A DNA stretch of 61,113 nucleotides, the filler included, from Candidatus Tectimicrobiota bacterium (GTDB lineage: Bacteria; JACPSX01), in NCBI GenBank assembly GCA_016193065.1. It is 6 parts of 6 records of this genome, joined end to end, with 100 filler letters (N's around TTAATTAATTAA, not from the genome) between each part and the next. Parts side by side here need not be neighbours in the genome. Positions count along the whole stretch, not along the records: positions 17,155 to 40,048 come from JACPSX010000255.1; 5 more parts are not named here. One strand, written 5' to 3'. Within the stretch, counting starts at the first letter, position 1. The number at the start of each line of letters is the position of its first letter. The position numbers and the translations under genes were made by a program. The notes beneath the pieces were generated by a model. It was not told the DNA's origin and ran no database searches. It saw only the letters and a list, made by a program, of their open reading frames with translations. Below, piece after piece: positions 31,090-39,074 of this stretch.

Positions 31090-32082
31090 ATGATCCTGCC
31101 GTTCTACTTCAAGAATCCCGCCTTTCTCTGGCTGCTCCTGTCCCTGGTGCCGCTGACCGGCCTTCTCCTGCTGGGCCACAGGAGGCGATCGGAACTGCTG
31201 CGGCAATTCGGACGAACGGAGCTGTTGCGCGAGTTTTCCTATCTCTCTTCGGGCCGCTCCCGGTTTTTATCCGCAGCGATTCTCGGCGCGTTTTTTGTCC
31301 TGGTCGTGTTGGCTCTGGCCCGCCCCGTTTTGCCGGGCCAGCACGTGCGGGTGAAGGAGGGCATTTTGGATGCGGTCATCGTCCTGGACGTATCCAAAAG
31401 CATGGCGGCGGAAGACTATCCCAACTCCACCTCGAGACTGAAAAAAGCCAAAGAGGTGATCGAGAGCTTTCTGGAGATCTTGCAGGGCAATCGAGTCGGC
31501 CTGGTCACGTTTGCGCGGGAGGGATTTCCCCAGGCAGAGCTCACGGACGATTTTCTGGCTCTGAAGTTCGTGCTGAAATATTGGGTGGAGATTGAGTCAG
31601 CGCCCGGCGGCGGCACGGCATTCCGGCCGGCCATCAAGGAAGCGCTCCAGCTCTTTGATCAGAAGCCCCGGAACAAGCTTCTCGTCCTCCTGAGCGACGG
31701 TGGGGATGAAGCCCCGGAGACCCTAGAGCCCCTGCTGGCGGAAGTGCGGGCGAAAGGGATCAAGATCATCAGCCTGGGCCTTGGCCGGCCTGAGGGGAGC
31801 CCGATTCCTCTCTACGACGAGAAGGGACAGTTCAAGGACTGGATTCAATATCAGGGGAGCCTGGTTCTGACCCGTCTCAACGACTCCCCGTTGAAGAGCC
31901 TGGGCGAGGGCACGAGCGGGATCTATCGCCGGATCAGGACAGGCCTCGAGATCCGTCCTCTGTTCCGGGACCGGCGCGTCGTGGAGAGCAGGCTGATCGA
32001 GGGGGAAATGGAACTTTATCAGATTTTTCTAGGTCTTGGTCTCGCGCTCTTGTGGTGGAACCGCTTTTCCCTGGACCCGTAG
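31090..32082 (+). CDS. VWA domain protein (MxaL/BatB-like)
   Basis: 'LALARP', 'LDVSKSM.AED', 'SRL', 'LLSDG', 'G..EGSPIP'. Confidence 0.88.
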   Translation: MILPFYFKNPAFLWLLLSLVPLTGLLLLGHRRRSELLRQFGRTELLREFSYLSSGRSRFLSAAILGAFFVLVVLALARPVLPGQHVRVKEGILDAVIVLDVSKSMAAEDYPNSTSRLKKAKEVIESFLEILQGNRVGLVTFAREGFPQAELTDDFLALKFVLKYWVEIESAPGGGTAFRPAIKEALQLFDQKPRNKLLVLLSDGGDEAPETLEPLLAEVRAKGIKIISLGLGRPEGSPIPLYDEKGQFKDWIQYQGSLVLTRLNDSPLKSLGEGTSGIYRRIRTGLEIRPLFRDRRVVESRLIEGEMELYQIFLGLGLALLWWNRFSLDP

Positions 32083-32207
32083 TGCCCAACCTTTACCAGC
32101 GCCTCGAACAACTGTTGAACCCTTTAAAATCCCCTCTCCCCCGCGGGGGACAGGGACAAGGGGGGTGCTCCGTCTGTACACACCCTCTTTCTAACTCACC
32201 ACACTAG

Positions 32208-32380
32208 TCCCCTCGATACCCCGTCCCATCACGTGAAGCTGGGTCCCGGGGGCATCTAATCCCAACTGTCTGGGCGTGCCTTCTCATTCCCCCAAGGAGG
32301 TGAACCTGCCAAGTTCATTCAGAAACAACGTCCCTTCGCGCGCGGGAACATCACAAAGCTATTTTTAAGCCTGACCCTTT
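32208..32380 (-). repeat. RAYT-derived mini-element copy 1 (low-coordinate inverted end missing)
   Basis: Core AAGTTCATTCAGAAACAACGTCCC at 32311; degenerate transposase 5' codons; tail AAGCCTGACCC. Confidence 0.85.
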
Positions 32381-32427
32381 CTTTCTTTTGCTTTCTTGCT
32401 GGAGCCAGTTGTTAGAATCAGATATGG

Positions 32428-32652
32428 TCAAGACGCCTTTTCCAGACGCTCTGCGACCCAGACTTTGATAATGGCTTGGCGAGGCACACCCAAACGTTTA
32501 GCCTCTTTGTCCAATAAGTGAACCATCCACAGAGGAAAATCTACATTCACTCTCTTTTGCTCTTGCCCCGGCCTCCTTGCTTTTGACATATCAAGATATT
32601 TGGAAATATCCTCACCCTCGTCAAACTTCTTATCAAATTCACGCGCTTTCAT
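32428..32652 (-). CDS. CopG/BrnA-like RHH antitoxin
   Basis: 'MKAREFDKKFDEGEDI..YLD', 'RVNVDFP.WM...LD.EA.RLGV.RQ'. Confidence 0.85.
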   Translation of the reverse strand: MKAREFDKKFDEGEDISKYLDMSKARRPGQEQKRVNVDFPLWMVHLLDKEAKRLGVPRQAIIKVWVAERLEKAS

Positions 32653-32902
32653 ATATATCAACCTCCTCCTTTCGCGACCGCCTCACGGAAATAATTCTTA
32701 TCTTTTCCCCCCGATGCGTTACGACTCCTGACCAGTATCTTCCTTCGATCTTGCCGATTACTATGAATCGCGGTTCATCGCTGGTTTTCGCAGGAATCTC
32801 CATGAAATCAGGATCGTCCCAAAGCGCCTGGGCTTCATAGAAATCAATACCGTGTTTTGTCTTATTGGCTTGGCTTTTCTTAGGATCGAACTCAAATTCC
32901 AT
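32639..32902 (-). CDS. brnT: BrnT family toxin (DUF497)
   Basis: 'FEFDPKKS..N..KHGIDF', 'IRIISVRR'; own promoter TTGACT-N16-TATAGT just upstream. Confidence 0.9.
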   Translation of the reverse strand: MEFEFDPKKSQANKTKHGIDFYEAQALWDDPDFMEIPAKTSDEPRFIVIGKIEGRYWSGVVTHRGEKIRIISVRRSRKEEVDIYESA

Positions 32903-33106
32903 CGTATAATTACTATACCTTTTATATACCAGTAGTCAACCTGCTAAATTCTTTTCTAACATATTCAAGGATGGAGCAACACGGTTACGGATCGTAATGA
33001 CGGCAAAGGATCAGTCAGGCAGGTGGATGGAAAACGAGAAGGTCAGCGAAAAATAATCAGGTTCAGAGAGGCAGCACTACCGTGAAGCGGTTTCGTTCAA
33101 CGTGAA

Positions 33107-33436
33107 TTAGGCAGTAGCTTGCTGCTGCCTTTGTTTCCGCTGCTGAAGCCATCGCTCGAATGAGGCAGCATTTTCTGCGGACTTTTTGCCAAGCAACAAT
33201 CCCTCAACACCGATATCCTCGTCGGGATCAGGCCAATGGATCCCGTAGCCTGCGCCGTTGATCTGAAGATTGGCGCGCTCGGCTGGTGTGCCCTGGGCCA
33301 GACGTGGATGCCAGCCGATGGGAACAGAGATCGTGCGCCCGTCTTCGAGATCTACGGACAGGGAATTTTCTGTAACCATCACGCTCACAACTCTAGTCAG
33401 TGTGAGTGTAACCGCCGCAGAATGCATCCCATTCAT
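33107..33436 (-). CDS. DUF2442 family protein (putative antitoxin)
   Basis: 'LEDGRTISVP..W.PRL', 'GIHWPD.DEDI.VEGLL.G'. Confidence 0.85.
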   Translation of the reverse strand: MNGMHSAAVTLTLTRVVSVMVTENSLSVDLEDGRTISVPIGWHPRLAQGTPAERANLQINGAGYGIHWPDPDEDIGVEGLLLGKKSAENAASFERWLQQRKQRQQQATA

Positions 33437-33510
33437 TTCTCAGGACCTCCAGATTCTCACGGATAACGCGCTCAATGTCGCGCAACTCCTTGCGAGTATG
33501 GCGAGTTGAT
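33393..33510 (-). pseudogene. 3' remnant of a DUF4160 family gene
   Basis: 'RKELRDIERVIRENLEVLRNEWDAF' overlapping the DUF2442 start; 5' part replaced next to repeat copy 2. Confidence 0.65.
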
Positions 33511-33537
33511 AAAACAGCCTCCTTCTTGGAGAACGGG

Positions 33538-33680
33538 GCTGGGTCCCGGGGGCATCCAACATCGACTGTGTGGGCATGCCCTTTCATTACCCCACCCCAA
33601 GGAGGTGAACCTATCAAGTTCATTCAGAAACAACATCCCGTCGCGCTGCAAACATCGAAAAGCTATTGTGCAAGCCTGAC
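33538..33680 (-). repeat. RAYT-derived mini-element copy 2 (truncated)
   Basis: Core at 33616; GGGTCCCGGGGGCATCCAA...GGGCATGCCC; tail GCAAGCCTGAC. Confidence 0.85.
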
Positions 33681-33745
33681 TGTATGCCACTCCTCTTTGT
33701 AAACGCCAGCTAGACGCGTCCTTTTCCACTGTGGTCCAAGACAGT

Positions 33746-34032
33746 CTATTTGCCACTAGCCAAGATCGCGCTCAGGGCAGATTTGATCGCTTCAAGCGGT
33801 TCCTGCTTGAGAACGCCAACCTCTGCTACTATGAGAGCCGAATTTGCCGTGAACAGTTTTGACGGACGGACATAGCTCTCGATTCGCAGAGACCCAGACC
33901 GAAAGCTTTCGTCGGTCAAGCGAATCGCGTGAGGATCGCCGTACGGATTGCTGGTGATCTGACAGAGGATCCAGTCGTCACGTCCCGCCTCGGCGAGGAC
34001 AGGACTACCGCTCCCGCTGCAGATGGGACCAT
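33746..34032 (-). pseudogene. MazF/PemK family toxin, frameshifted by an internal deletion
   Basis: MVPSAAGAVVL, then a frame change to VLAEAGRDDWILCQITSNPY...SYVRPSKLFTA...; the family's FPFSD...RPA segment is absent. Confidence 0.8.
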
Positions 34033-34226
34033 GCAGCGTCCTCCTCGGGTCGGTTCCAGTCCTGCGCCAGTGCGGGTTCGCTCAGAAGGGACGACTCGTG
34101 GACACCAGCGTCGGCGGGATCATCGAGGATCATCACAAAGGCACGACGCGTGCCCAGCAGCTTGACCGACTCGAGGAGGCGAACGTTACCTTGCTCGTCA
34201 ACTACGGCTTCGATCGCTCTAACCAT
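34005..34226 (-). CDS. Putative antitoxin partner of the MazF-like toxin
   Basis: 'LLSEPALAQDWNRPEEDAAWSHL'; overlaps the toxin start. Confidence 0.75.
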   Translation of the reverse strand: MVRAIEAVVDEQGNVRLLESVKLLGTRRAFVMILDDPADAGVHESSLLSEPALAQDWNRPEEDAAWSHLQRER

Positions 34227-34272
34227 GAGGCGCCTCCTGACACATTATACCATAGCATGGTAAGCGCGAAGG

Positions 34273-34480
34273 AAAAGGGGGACGTTGTTGCCGGGTGCAC
34301 GACCTTCGTCCCCTCGATACCCTGTCCCATTACGTGATGCAGCGTCCCGGGGGCATTCAATCTCGACTGCCTGGGCATGCCCTCTCATTACTCCAAGGAC
34401 GTGGACCCGTCAAGTTCATTCAGAAACAACGTCCCCTCGCGCCCGGGAACATCAAAAAGCCATTTTGCAAGCCTGATCCT
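34273..34480 (-). repeat. RAYT-derived mini-element copy 3 (complete short form)
   Basis: GGGGACGTTGTT (34277)...AACAACGTCCCC (34436); minus frame from ATG 34378 reads MPRQSRLNAPGTLHHVMGQGIEGTKV; tail GCAAGCCTGATCC. Confidence 0.9.
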
Positions 34481-34565
34481 TTCCAGACCCTTTTCCTGGC
34501 ACTCAAAAACAGCTCGATAAATCTATCGCGGATTCTTACAATCAACTTTATAATTTGCAACCGAA

Positions 34566-35372
34566 ATGAAAAGGCGATCTTCCCTCACGGCCGGCCAGTT
34601 TATCGAAGAGCTCCTGGGGCAGGGACGCTACACGTTCGCCCGGGAGGAGGCAGAGCGACGCCTCGGAACGTCGCAGGCGGCCGCCTACATGACCCTGCAC
34701 CGCCTGGTCAAGGCGGGTCGCTTGGTCATGCCCCGGTCCGGGTTCTACGTCATCGTGGACCCGCAGCACCGCGCCGCCGGTACCTTGCCCCCGGAGTGGT
34801 TCATCCACGAGCTCGTGAAGGGCATGGGAAGGCCTTACTATGTCGGCCTGCTGTCGGCTGCCCAGATACACGGCGCGGCGCACCACCGCCCTCAGGAGTT
34901 CCAGGTTGTGATCCCGACGCGGACCATCCGGCCGATCCGCGTGGGGAACGTGCGGATCCGCTTCTTCGGCAAAGGGCCGTTCGACTGCTCCGAGACGGTC
35001 GAGGTCAAGACACCCACGGGCTTCCAGAAAGTGTCTACGCCCGAGACCACGGCCTGGGACTTGGTCCGCTATCCCAGAGCCGCCGGGGGCCTCGGGAATG
35101 TGGTCACGGTGCTCTCCGAACTGGAGGAGCACCTGGACGTGGCCAAACTCCGCAAAACGGTCAGGCGGCACGATGATCTCCTTGTGGCGCAACGACTGGG
35201 CTACCTGCTCGACCAGCTAAGCCGCAGGGACCTCACCAGGGGACTGGCTGACTGGGTCCAGAAGGAGGACGCCCCACTCCGTCCTCTAGATCCGGCCTTG
35301 CCCGTCGCGCGGGGCTCGGAGAGCCGGAAGTGGCACCTCGTGATCAACGCTGAGCTGGAGCCCGAGGCGTGA
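34566..35372 (+). CDS. abiEi: Type IV TA antitoxin, AbiEi family
   Basis: 'GRYTF', 'GFYVIV', 'YYVGLLSAA..HGAAH', 'VSTPETTA.DLV'. Confidence 0.85.
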   Translation: MKRRSSLTAGQFIEELLGQGRYTFAREEAERRLGTSQAAAYMTLHRLVKAGRLVMPRSGFYVIVDPQHRAAGTLPPEWFIHELVKGMGRPYYVGLLSAAQIHGAAHHRPQEFQVVIPTRTIRPIRVGNVRIRFFGKGPFDCSETVEVKTPTGFQKVSTPETTAWDLVRYPRAAGGLGNVVTVLSELEEHLDVAKLRKTVRRHDDLLVAQRLGYLLDQLSRRDLTRGLADWVQKEDAPLRPLDPALPVARGSESRKWHLVINAELEPEA

Positions 35373-35908
35373 TCCCCCAGGCCGCCATCACCCACTGGCG
35401 GAACGTGGCACCCTGGCCCCAGGATGCGCAGGTCGAGCAGGACCTTATCCTCTGCCGCGCCCTGATCGAGATCTTCCGGGACACAGATCTCTCCAGGCGC
35501 GTAATTCTCCGAGGCGGCACGGCCCTGTATAAGCTCTACGCGCCCGCCCCGCTGCGCTACTCCGATGACATTGACCTGGTCCAGCACGCACCCGAGCCCA
35601 TCGGATCCCTTTTAGACGGCCTCCGGTCACGGCTCGACCGGATCCTGGGGACTCCACGGCGGGAGAACAATCCCGATAACGTGACCCTGCGCTACCGCAT
35701 GGAGTCCGAAATCCCGCCGGTGGTGCCCCTGCGTCTCAAGATCGAGATCAACACCCGGGAGCACTTTGACGTGTACGGAGTGGTCGTGCGTCCCTTGGCT
35801 GTTCGGTCGCCCTGGTTCAATCTCGCCTCCCGCCCGTTCAATGATGATCTGCGGCTGTGTGAGCCCTTCCCCCCATTTCCCCAAAAGCAAGGGCATGTAG
35901 CCCGATAG
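35369..35908 (+). pseudogene. abiEii: AbiEii nucleotidyltransferase toxin, C-terminally truncated
   Basis: 'QVEQDL', 'RGGTAL.KL', 'RYSDDIDL', 'LKIEINTREH'; recognisable similarity stops at 'RSPWF' (~35818); no K..A...R...RD..D motif. Confidence 0.75.
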
Positions 35909-35933
35909 CGGCCAGTCCCTTCGTCGGTAGCGA

Positions 35934-35991
35934 ACAGGGGGAGGTTGTTTCCGGGTGGACGGCCTTCCTTCCCTCGATACCCCGTCACATC
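35934..35991 (-). repeat. RAYT-derived mini-element copy 4, first half
   Basis: GGGGGAGGTTGTTTCCGGGTGGAC...CCCTCGATACCCCGTCACATC. Confidence 0.8.
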
Positions 35992-36084
35992 AGTCAGAAG
36001 GAAGTGGAAGATTATCTCGGCATGCACTACTCGACGGTGAGTAAGCTTTTAGCAGTGCCAAGATCCAAGGACCTGACCCTATGA
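35992..36084 (+). pseudogene. 3' remnant (HTH) of a second Y1/RAYT-like transposase
   Basis: Reads SQKEVEDYLGMHYSTVSKLL..., ending across ACCTGACCC. Confidence 0.6.
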
Positions 36085-36480
36085 CTTCTATGACTTGCTG
36101 CTTCGGGTCCCTTTGGAAACCTTGACCGACCGGGAGCTCTGTGAGCTTGCTATTGCCGAAGCTGTTGACCTCACCGCTTGTGCCCGGGAGGAAATGCCAG
36201 GCATGTACGTAGTGCACGACAGAAGGGCGCTCGTGGCTAGGCTCCAAGAGCGCCGCGAGAAAGTGCGAGCTGCACGGTCAGATAGAAAGGCCACCATTGC
36301 TCTGTGGCTGTCACTTCTCAGCCTCGCTGCCGCCGTTGCGAACACCATGATCAACGTGTTTGCTCAAGTACCTCGCAGGCAAGTGAGGGATCCGGGTATA
36401 CCTTACTTAATTTGTTACCCTCCTTGCTTCCATCGGGCCTGGCTTCTGCCACCTCAGTGTCCGCTCTACGACCAGCTCCA

Positions 36481-36680
36481 GCATCCAATCTGGACTTTCT
36501 GGGCAAGGGCTCTCTTTACCCCCGAGGAAGTGAACCTTGGAAGTTCATTCAGAAACAACGTCCCCTATCGCTGGTGACGTCCCCTATGGCTGGCCCAGCG
36601 CATTGCCAGCGCGGGCAGGCCAGAGGCGAATCCATTCTCCAAGCAGCAAAAAGCAATTATGCAAGCCTTCTCTGACCCTT
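36481..36680 (-). repeat. RAYT-derived mini-element copy 4, second half
   Basis: GCATCCAATCTGGACTTTCTGGGCA; core at 36541; tail GCAAGCC..TCTGACCC. Confidence 0.8.
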
Positions 36681-36724
36681 CCCTGCTTCCTGCTGTGGGT
36701 TAGGCGCCTCCACCTTTTGACTGT

Positions 36725-37246
36725 TCATGGAAAGAACTTTGCAAACTCCTCGAGGTCTTTGGCGAATGTCGGATCGGCACGGCTTTTCCGTTTTGCGTCG
36801 ATAACCGAATAATGAAGTCGGAAGAACGTCCGCGCTTCGCTGCCAAAGAACGCCTTCGCGGTTGCTGCATCACAAATATCGCTGCGTACGCAAATTTGCA
36901 GAACGCCAAAAAAGTCGATGACGGCAAGGACGTCACTCGTCAGCTTCTCATTTTTTACAACAGTGCGAACAAAACTCACCCATTGATCTGTTCGTAACTT
37001 GGGATCATCAAGAAGCGCATCCATTCGTGCTTCGTATTTGAGCCAAGCGTTTGTTATTCGTTGCCAGCTGTCATATGTTGGTGGTTTATGGAACCTCTCG
37101 ACGAAGGACAGACTTTCCTTTACGCGGTCGGCTTTTTCTTTTTCCAAGTACTGGTATCCTGCAAATATTCCTCCAATGAGGGCCCCTATCACCGTAACAG
37201 CTATGCCAACTATTTCAGTGATGGTTTTCCATTCGTCAAGTTTCAT
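36725..37246 (-). CDS. Hypothetical protein with N-terminal TM helix (DUF4760-like)
   Basis: Lower-GC ORF, TM 'IVGIAVTVIGALIGGIFAG', 'IDFF..L..C'. Confidence 0.65.
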   Translation of the reverse strand: MKLDEWKTITEIVGIAVTVIGALIGGIFAGYQYLEKEKADRVKESLSFVERFHKPPTYDSWQRITNAWLKYEARMDALLDDPKLRTDQWVSFVRTVVKNEKLTSDVLAVIDFFGVLQICVRSDICDAATAKAFFGSEARTFFRLHYSVIDAKRKSRADPTFAKDLEEFAKFFP

Positions 37247-37254
37247 AGCATCCC

Positions 37255-37527
37255 CTATTTGCATCCTGGGAGATCGGGCTTCTTGAGACAGGGATCAGGT
37301 AGTTGTAGGACGTCCGGAGGCATTGGCTTATCCTTCGAGGGAAATTCCGGCTTCTCCTTTGAAGGAGGCTCCTTTCCCTTTTCGGGGAGTGCTTTCTCAG
37401 GAGCGCTTTTTCGGGGCGATTCGATTACAGGCCTGTCCTTGGAAGGCTTCTCCTGGGCATAGGAGGCCGTTGGGGTGACGATAAACATTCCAACCACACA
37501 AGCAAGAATAGCCAACCGCAGTTCCAT
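37255..37527 (-). CDS. Small secreted Pro/Lys/Glu-rich protein
   Basis: Signal peptide (ASYA), repeated (E)KPSK/PPSK units, terminal 'DPC..K..LPGC'. Confidence 0.6.
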   Translation of the reverse strand: MELRLAILACVVGMFIVTPTASYAQEKPSKDRPVIESPRKSAPEKALPEKGKEPPSKEKPEFPSKDKPMPPDVLQLPDPCLKKPDLPGCK

Positions 37528-37613
37528 TTCGTTGTCACCCCCGGGTTTCAGGTTTCCAGGTCCGACAGCAAGGAGGGCTCCTGGCAATCCATAAGTAAGC
37601 GCCTCACGGGACG

Positions 37614-37896
37614 AAAGGGGAACGTTGTTTCCGGGTGAACTGAAAGATATCGCTCAGGACCCAGAAGACCATCGGATCGAGCCGCCCGGACAACCGCGGA
37701 GGCCGTCACGCCTGGAAACCGAGCCACCTGTGCTCCAGGATACCCCATCTTGCCTAACTTCCCTCGATACTCCGTGCCATCACGCGATGCAGGGTCCCAA
37801 GGGCATCCCCAATCTCGACTGTCTGGGCATGTCCTCTCATTATCCCAAGGAGGTGAACCTATCAAGTTCATTCAGAAACAACGTCCCCTATCGCGC
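37614..37896 (-). mobile_element. RAYT-derived mini-element copy 5 (long form: internally deleted transposase)
   Basis: Both inverted ends present; N-terminal MPRQSRL...LHRVMARSIEG joined to C-terminal GKMGYPGAQVARFPGVTASAVVRAARS. Confidence 0.8.
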
Positions 37897-37904
37897 GCCG
37901 ACAA

Positions 37905-37984
37905 TTCAATTCCTTCCCCCCGGGTACCCTCTGGGTGCGGGGAAGGGCGGGATGGGGGTGTTCTTCCAAATCAGAGCGGAATCA
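37905..37984. repeat. Second local repeat (REP-like), copy A
   Basis: TCAATTCCTTCCCCC...GGATGGGGGTGTTCTTCCAA(A/G)TCAGAGCGGAAT, also at 39075-39167. Confidence 0.75.
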
Positions 37985-38085
37985 CTTCCAGAAACGATCT
38001 CGTTGCTATAGCGAAGAGTTTTTCGTCAACGGAGTTTTCTGCTCTTGACAGCCCGTGGCCTCATAGGTGGCTGGAGTGCCACCGC

Positions 38086-38319
38086 TTATGGCTTGGAGCG
38101 GCCTGGTAGTGCCGAGATCACGGAGCGCAGTAGGGTGTTGACGGACTCCGACGACTCGAAGACCTCTGCGACGTCCGGATCAAGAACAACCGCGATCGTC
38201 CCAGCTCCCATCTGAGCGGCAAAGCGGTTGGGTTTGGCCTTCGTGTAATCGAAGCGATATTCCCGACGCATCTCTTCGGAAAGAACCGGCGATTTCTTAC
38301 GAGCTGACGTTTTCTTCAT
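38086..38319 (-). CDS. Putative antitoxin partner of BrnT
   Basis: 'EMRREYRFDY.KAKPNRFA', 'VLDPDVAEVF.SSESVN..LR'. Confidence 0.8.
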   Translation of the reverse strand: MKKTSARKKSPVLSEEMRREYRFDYTKAKPNRFAAQMGAGTIAVVLDPDVAEVFESSESVNTLLRSVISALPGRSKP

Positions 38320-38584
38320 AGTCCTGGCGTTCCCTCCTTGTCGCTTTCCGTGCACTAAAGATGCGGATCGACGCTCCCCGAGCGGTGAAGCATACTAACA
38401 GCAGACGATGCTGCGTCGAATGTCCAATGATGATTTCGCGCTCTTCCTCACTTGAGTGATCCTCGTCGTCGAAGATGCGGGCGAGAGGATCCGAAAAGGC
38501 CGTGAGACCCTCTTCAAATGAGACGCCATGCTTCGCGAGGTTTGCGGCAGCCTTCTTTGGATCCCATTCGAAGCGTAAACTCAT
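38297..38584 (-). CDS. brnT: BrnT family toxin
   Basis: 'FEWDPKKA.ANL.KHGVSFEE', 'DHS.EEER', 'IRIFSARKAT'. Confidence 0.9.
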   Translation of the reverse strand: MSLRFEWDPKKAAANLAKHGVSFEEGLTAFSDPLARIFDDEDHSSEEEREIIIGHSTQHRLLLVCFTARGASIRIFSARKATRRERQDYEENVSS

Positions 38585-38923
38585 TGCCAGTTTGAAATCC
38601 TACCGCCTCTGTGAAAACTTTCAAGCTCTCCGAGCGGGACGGTTGAAGACACTCTATTGAGTATACTGGTCTGCATAGCACGGTTGCCGAAACTTCCCAC
38701 AACAGCCATGATTCTCTTGCCTTTCCAAGGAGTTGTCAAGGCATCTTACCCTTCGTCTCCTGCCGAAATACCCCACACGACGTGTAGCGGCTGCCCCTCG
38801 TGATCATGTTGTAGAACCAGAACACACGGTCCCTTCGAAATCATGCTCACTGAGACCCCTTCCCGAGCATCCCGCTTGGTAAACCCAGGTCGATCCCAAT
38901 AATCTTTAGGGAGCAGACCTCAT

Positions 38924-39061
38924 ATGAGATTTTACACCAAACAGCACCTACAATACTGCGGAATCCCTCTGCGCGCCCAGGCCGTGTACGTCTGCATCCC
39001 GGACCAGGAGGGCGAGATGGAGTTCCATAGAAACATGCCAGACAGCCGCAGTTTTGACTAG
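38924..39061 (+). pseudogene. IS110 family transposase 5' remnant
   Basis: MRFYTKQHLQYCGIPLRAQAVYVCIPDQEGEMEFHRNM resembles the family N-terminus (YCGIDLH...), with Pro at the catalytic Asp position; truncated. Confidence 0.75.
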
Positions 39062-39074
39062 GCTCGGAATCGGC

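Noticed and set aside
36095-36577. 160-aa ORF as a real gene
   Set aside because: Chimeric: a start-less fragment reading through into repeat copy 4.
37752-37758. GCCTAAC as an attC core inside copy 5
   Set aside because: It falls in the transposase C-terminal coding remnant and has no partner box.
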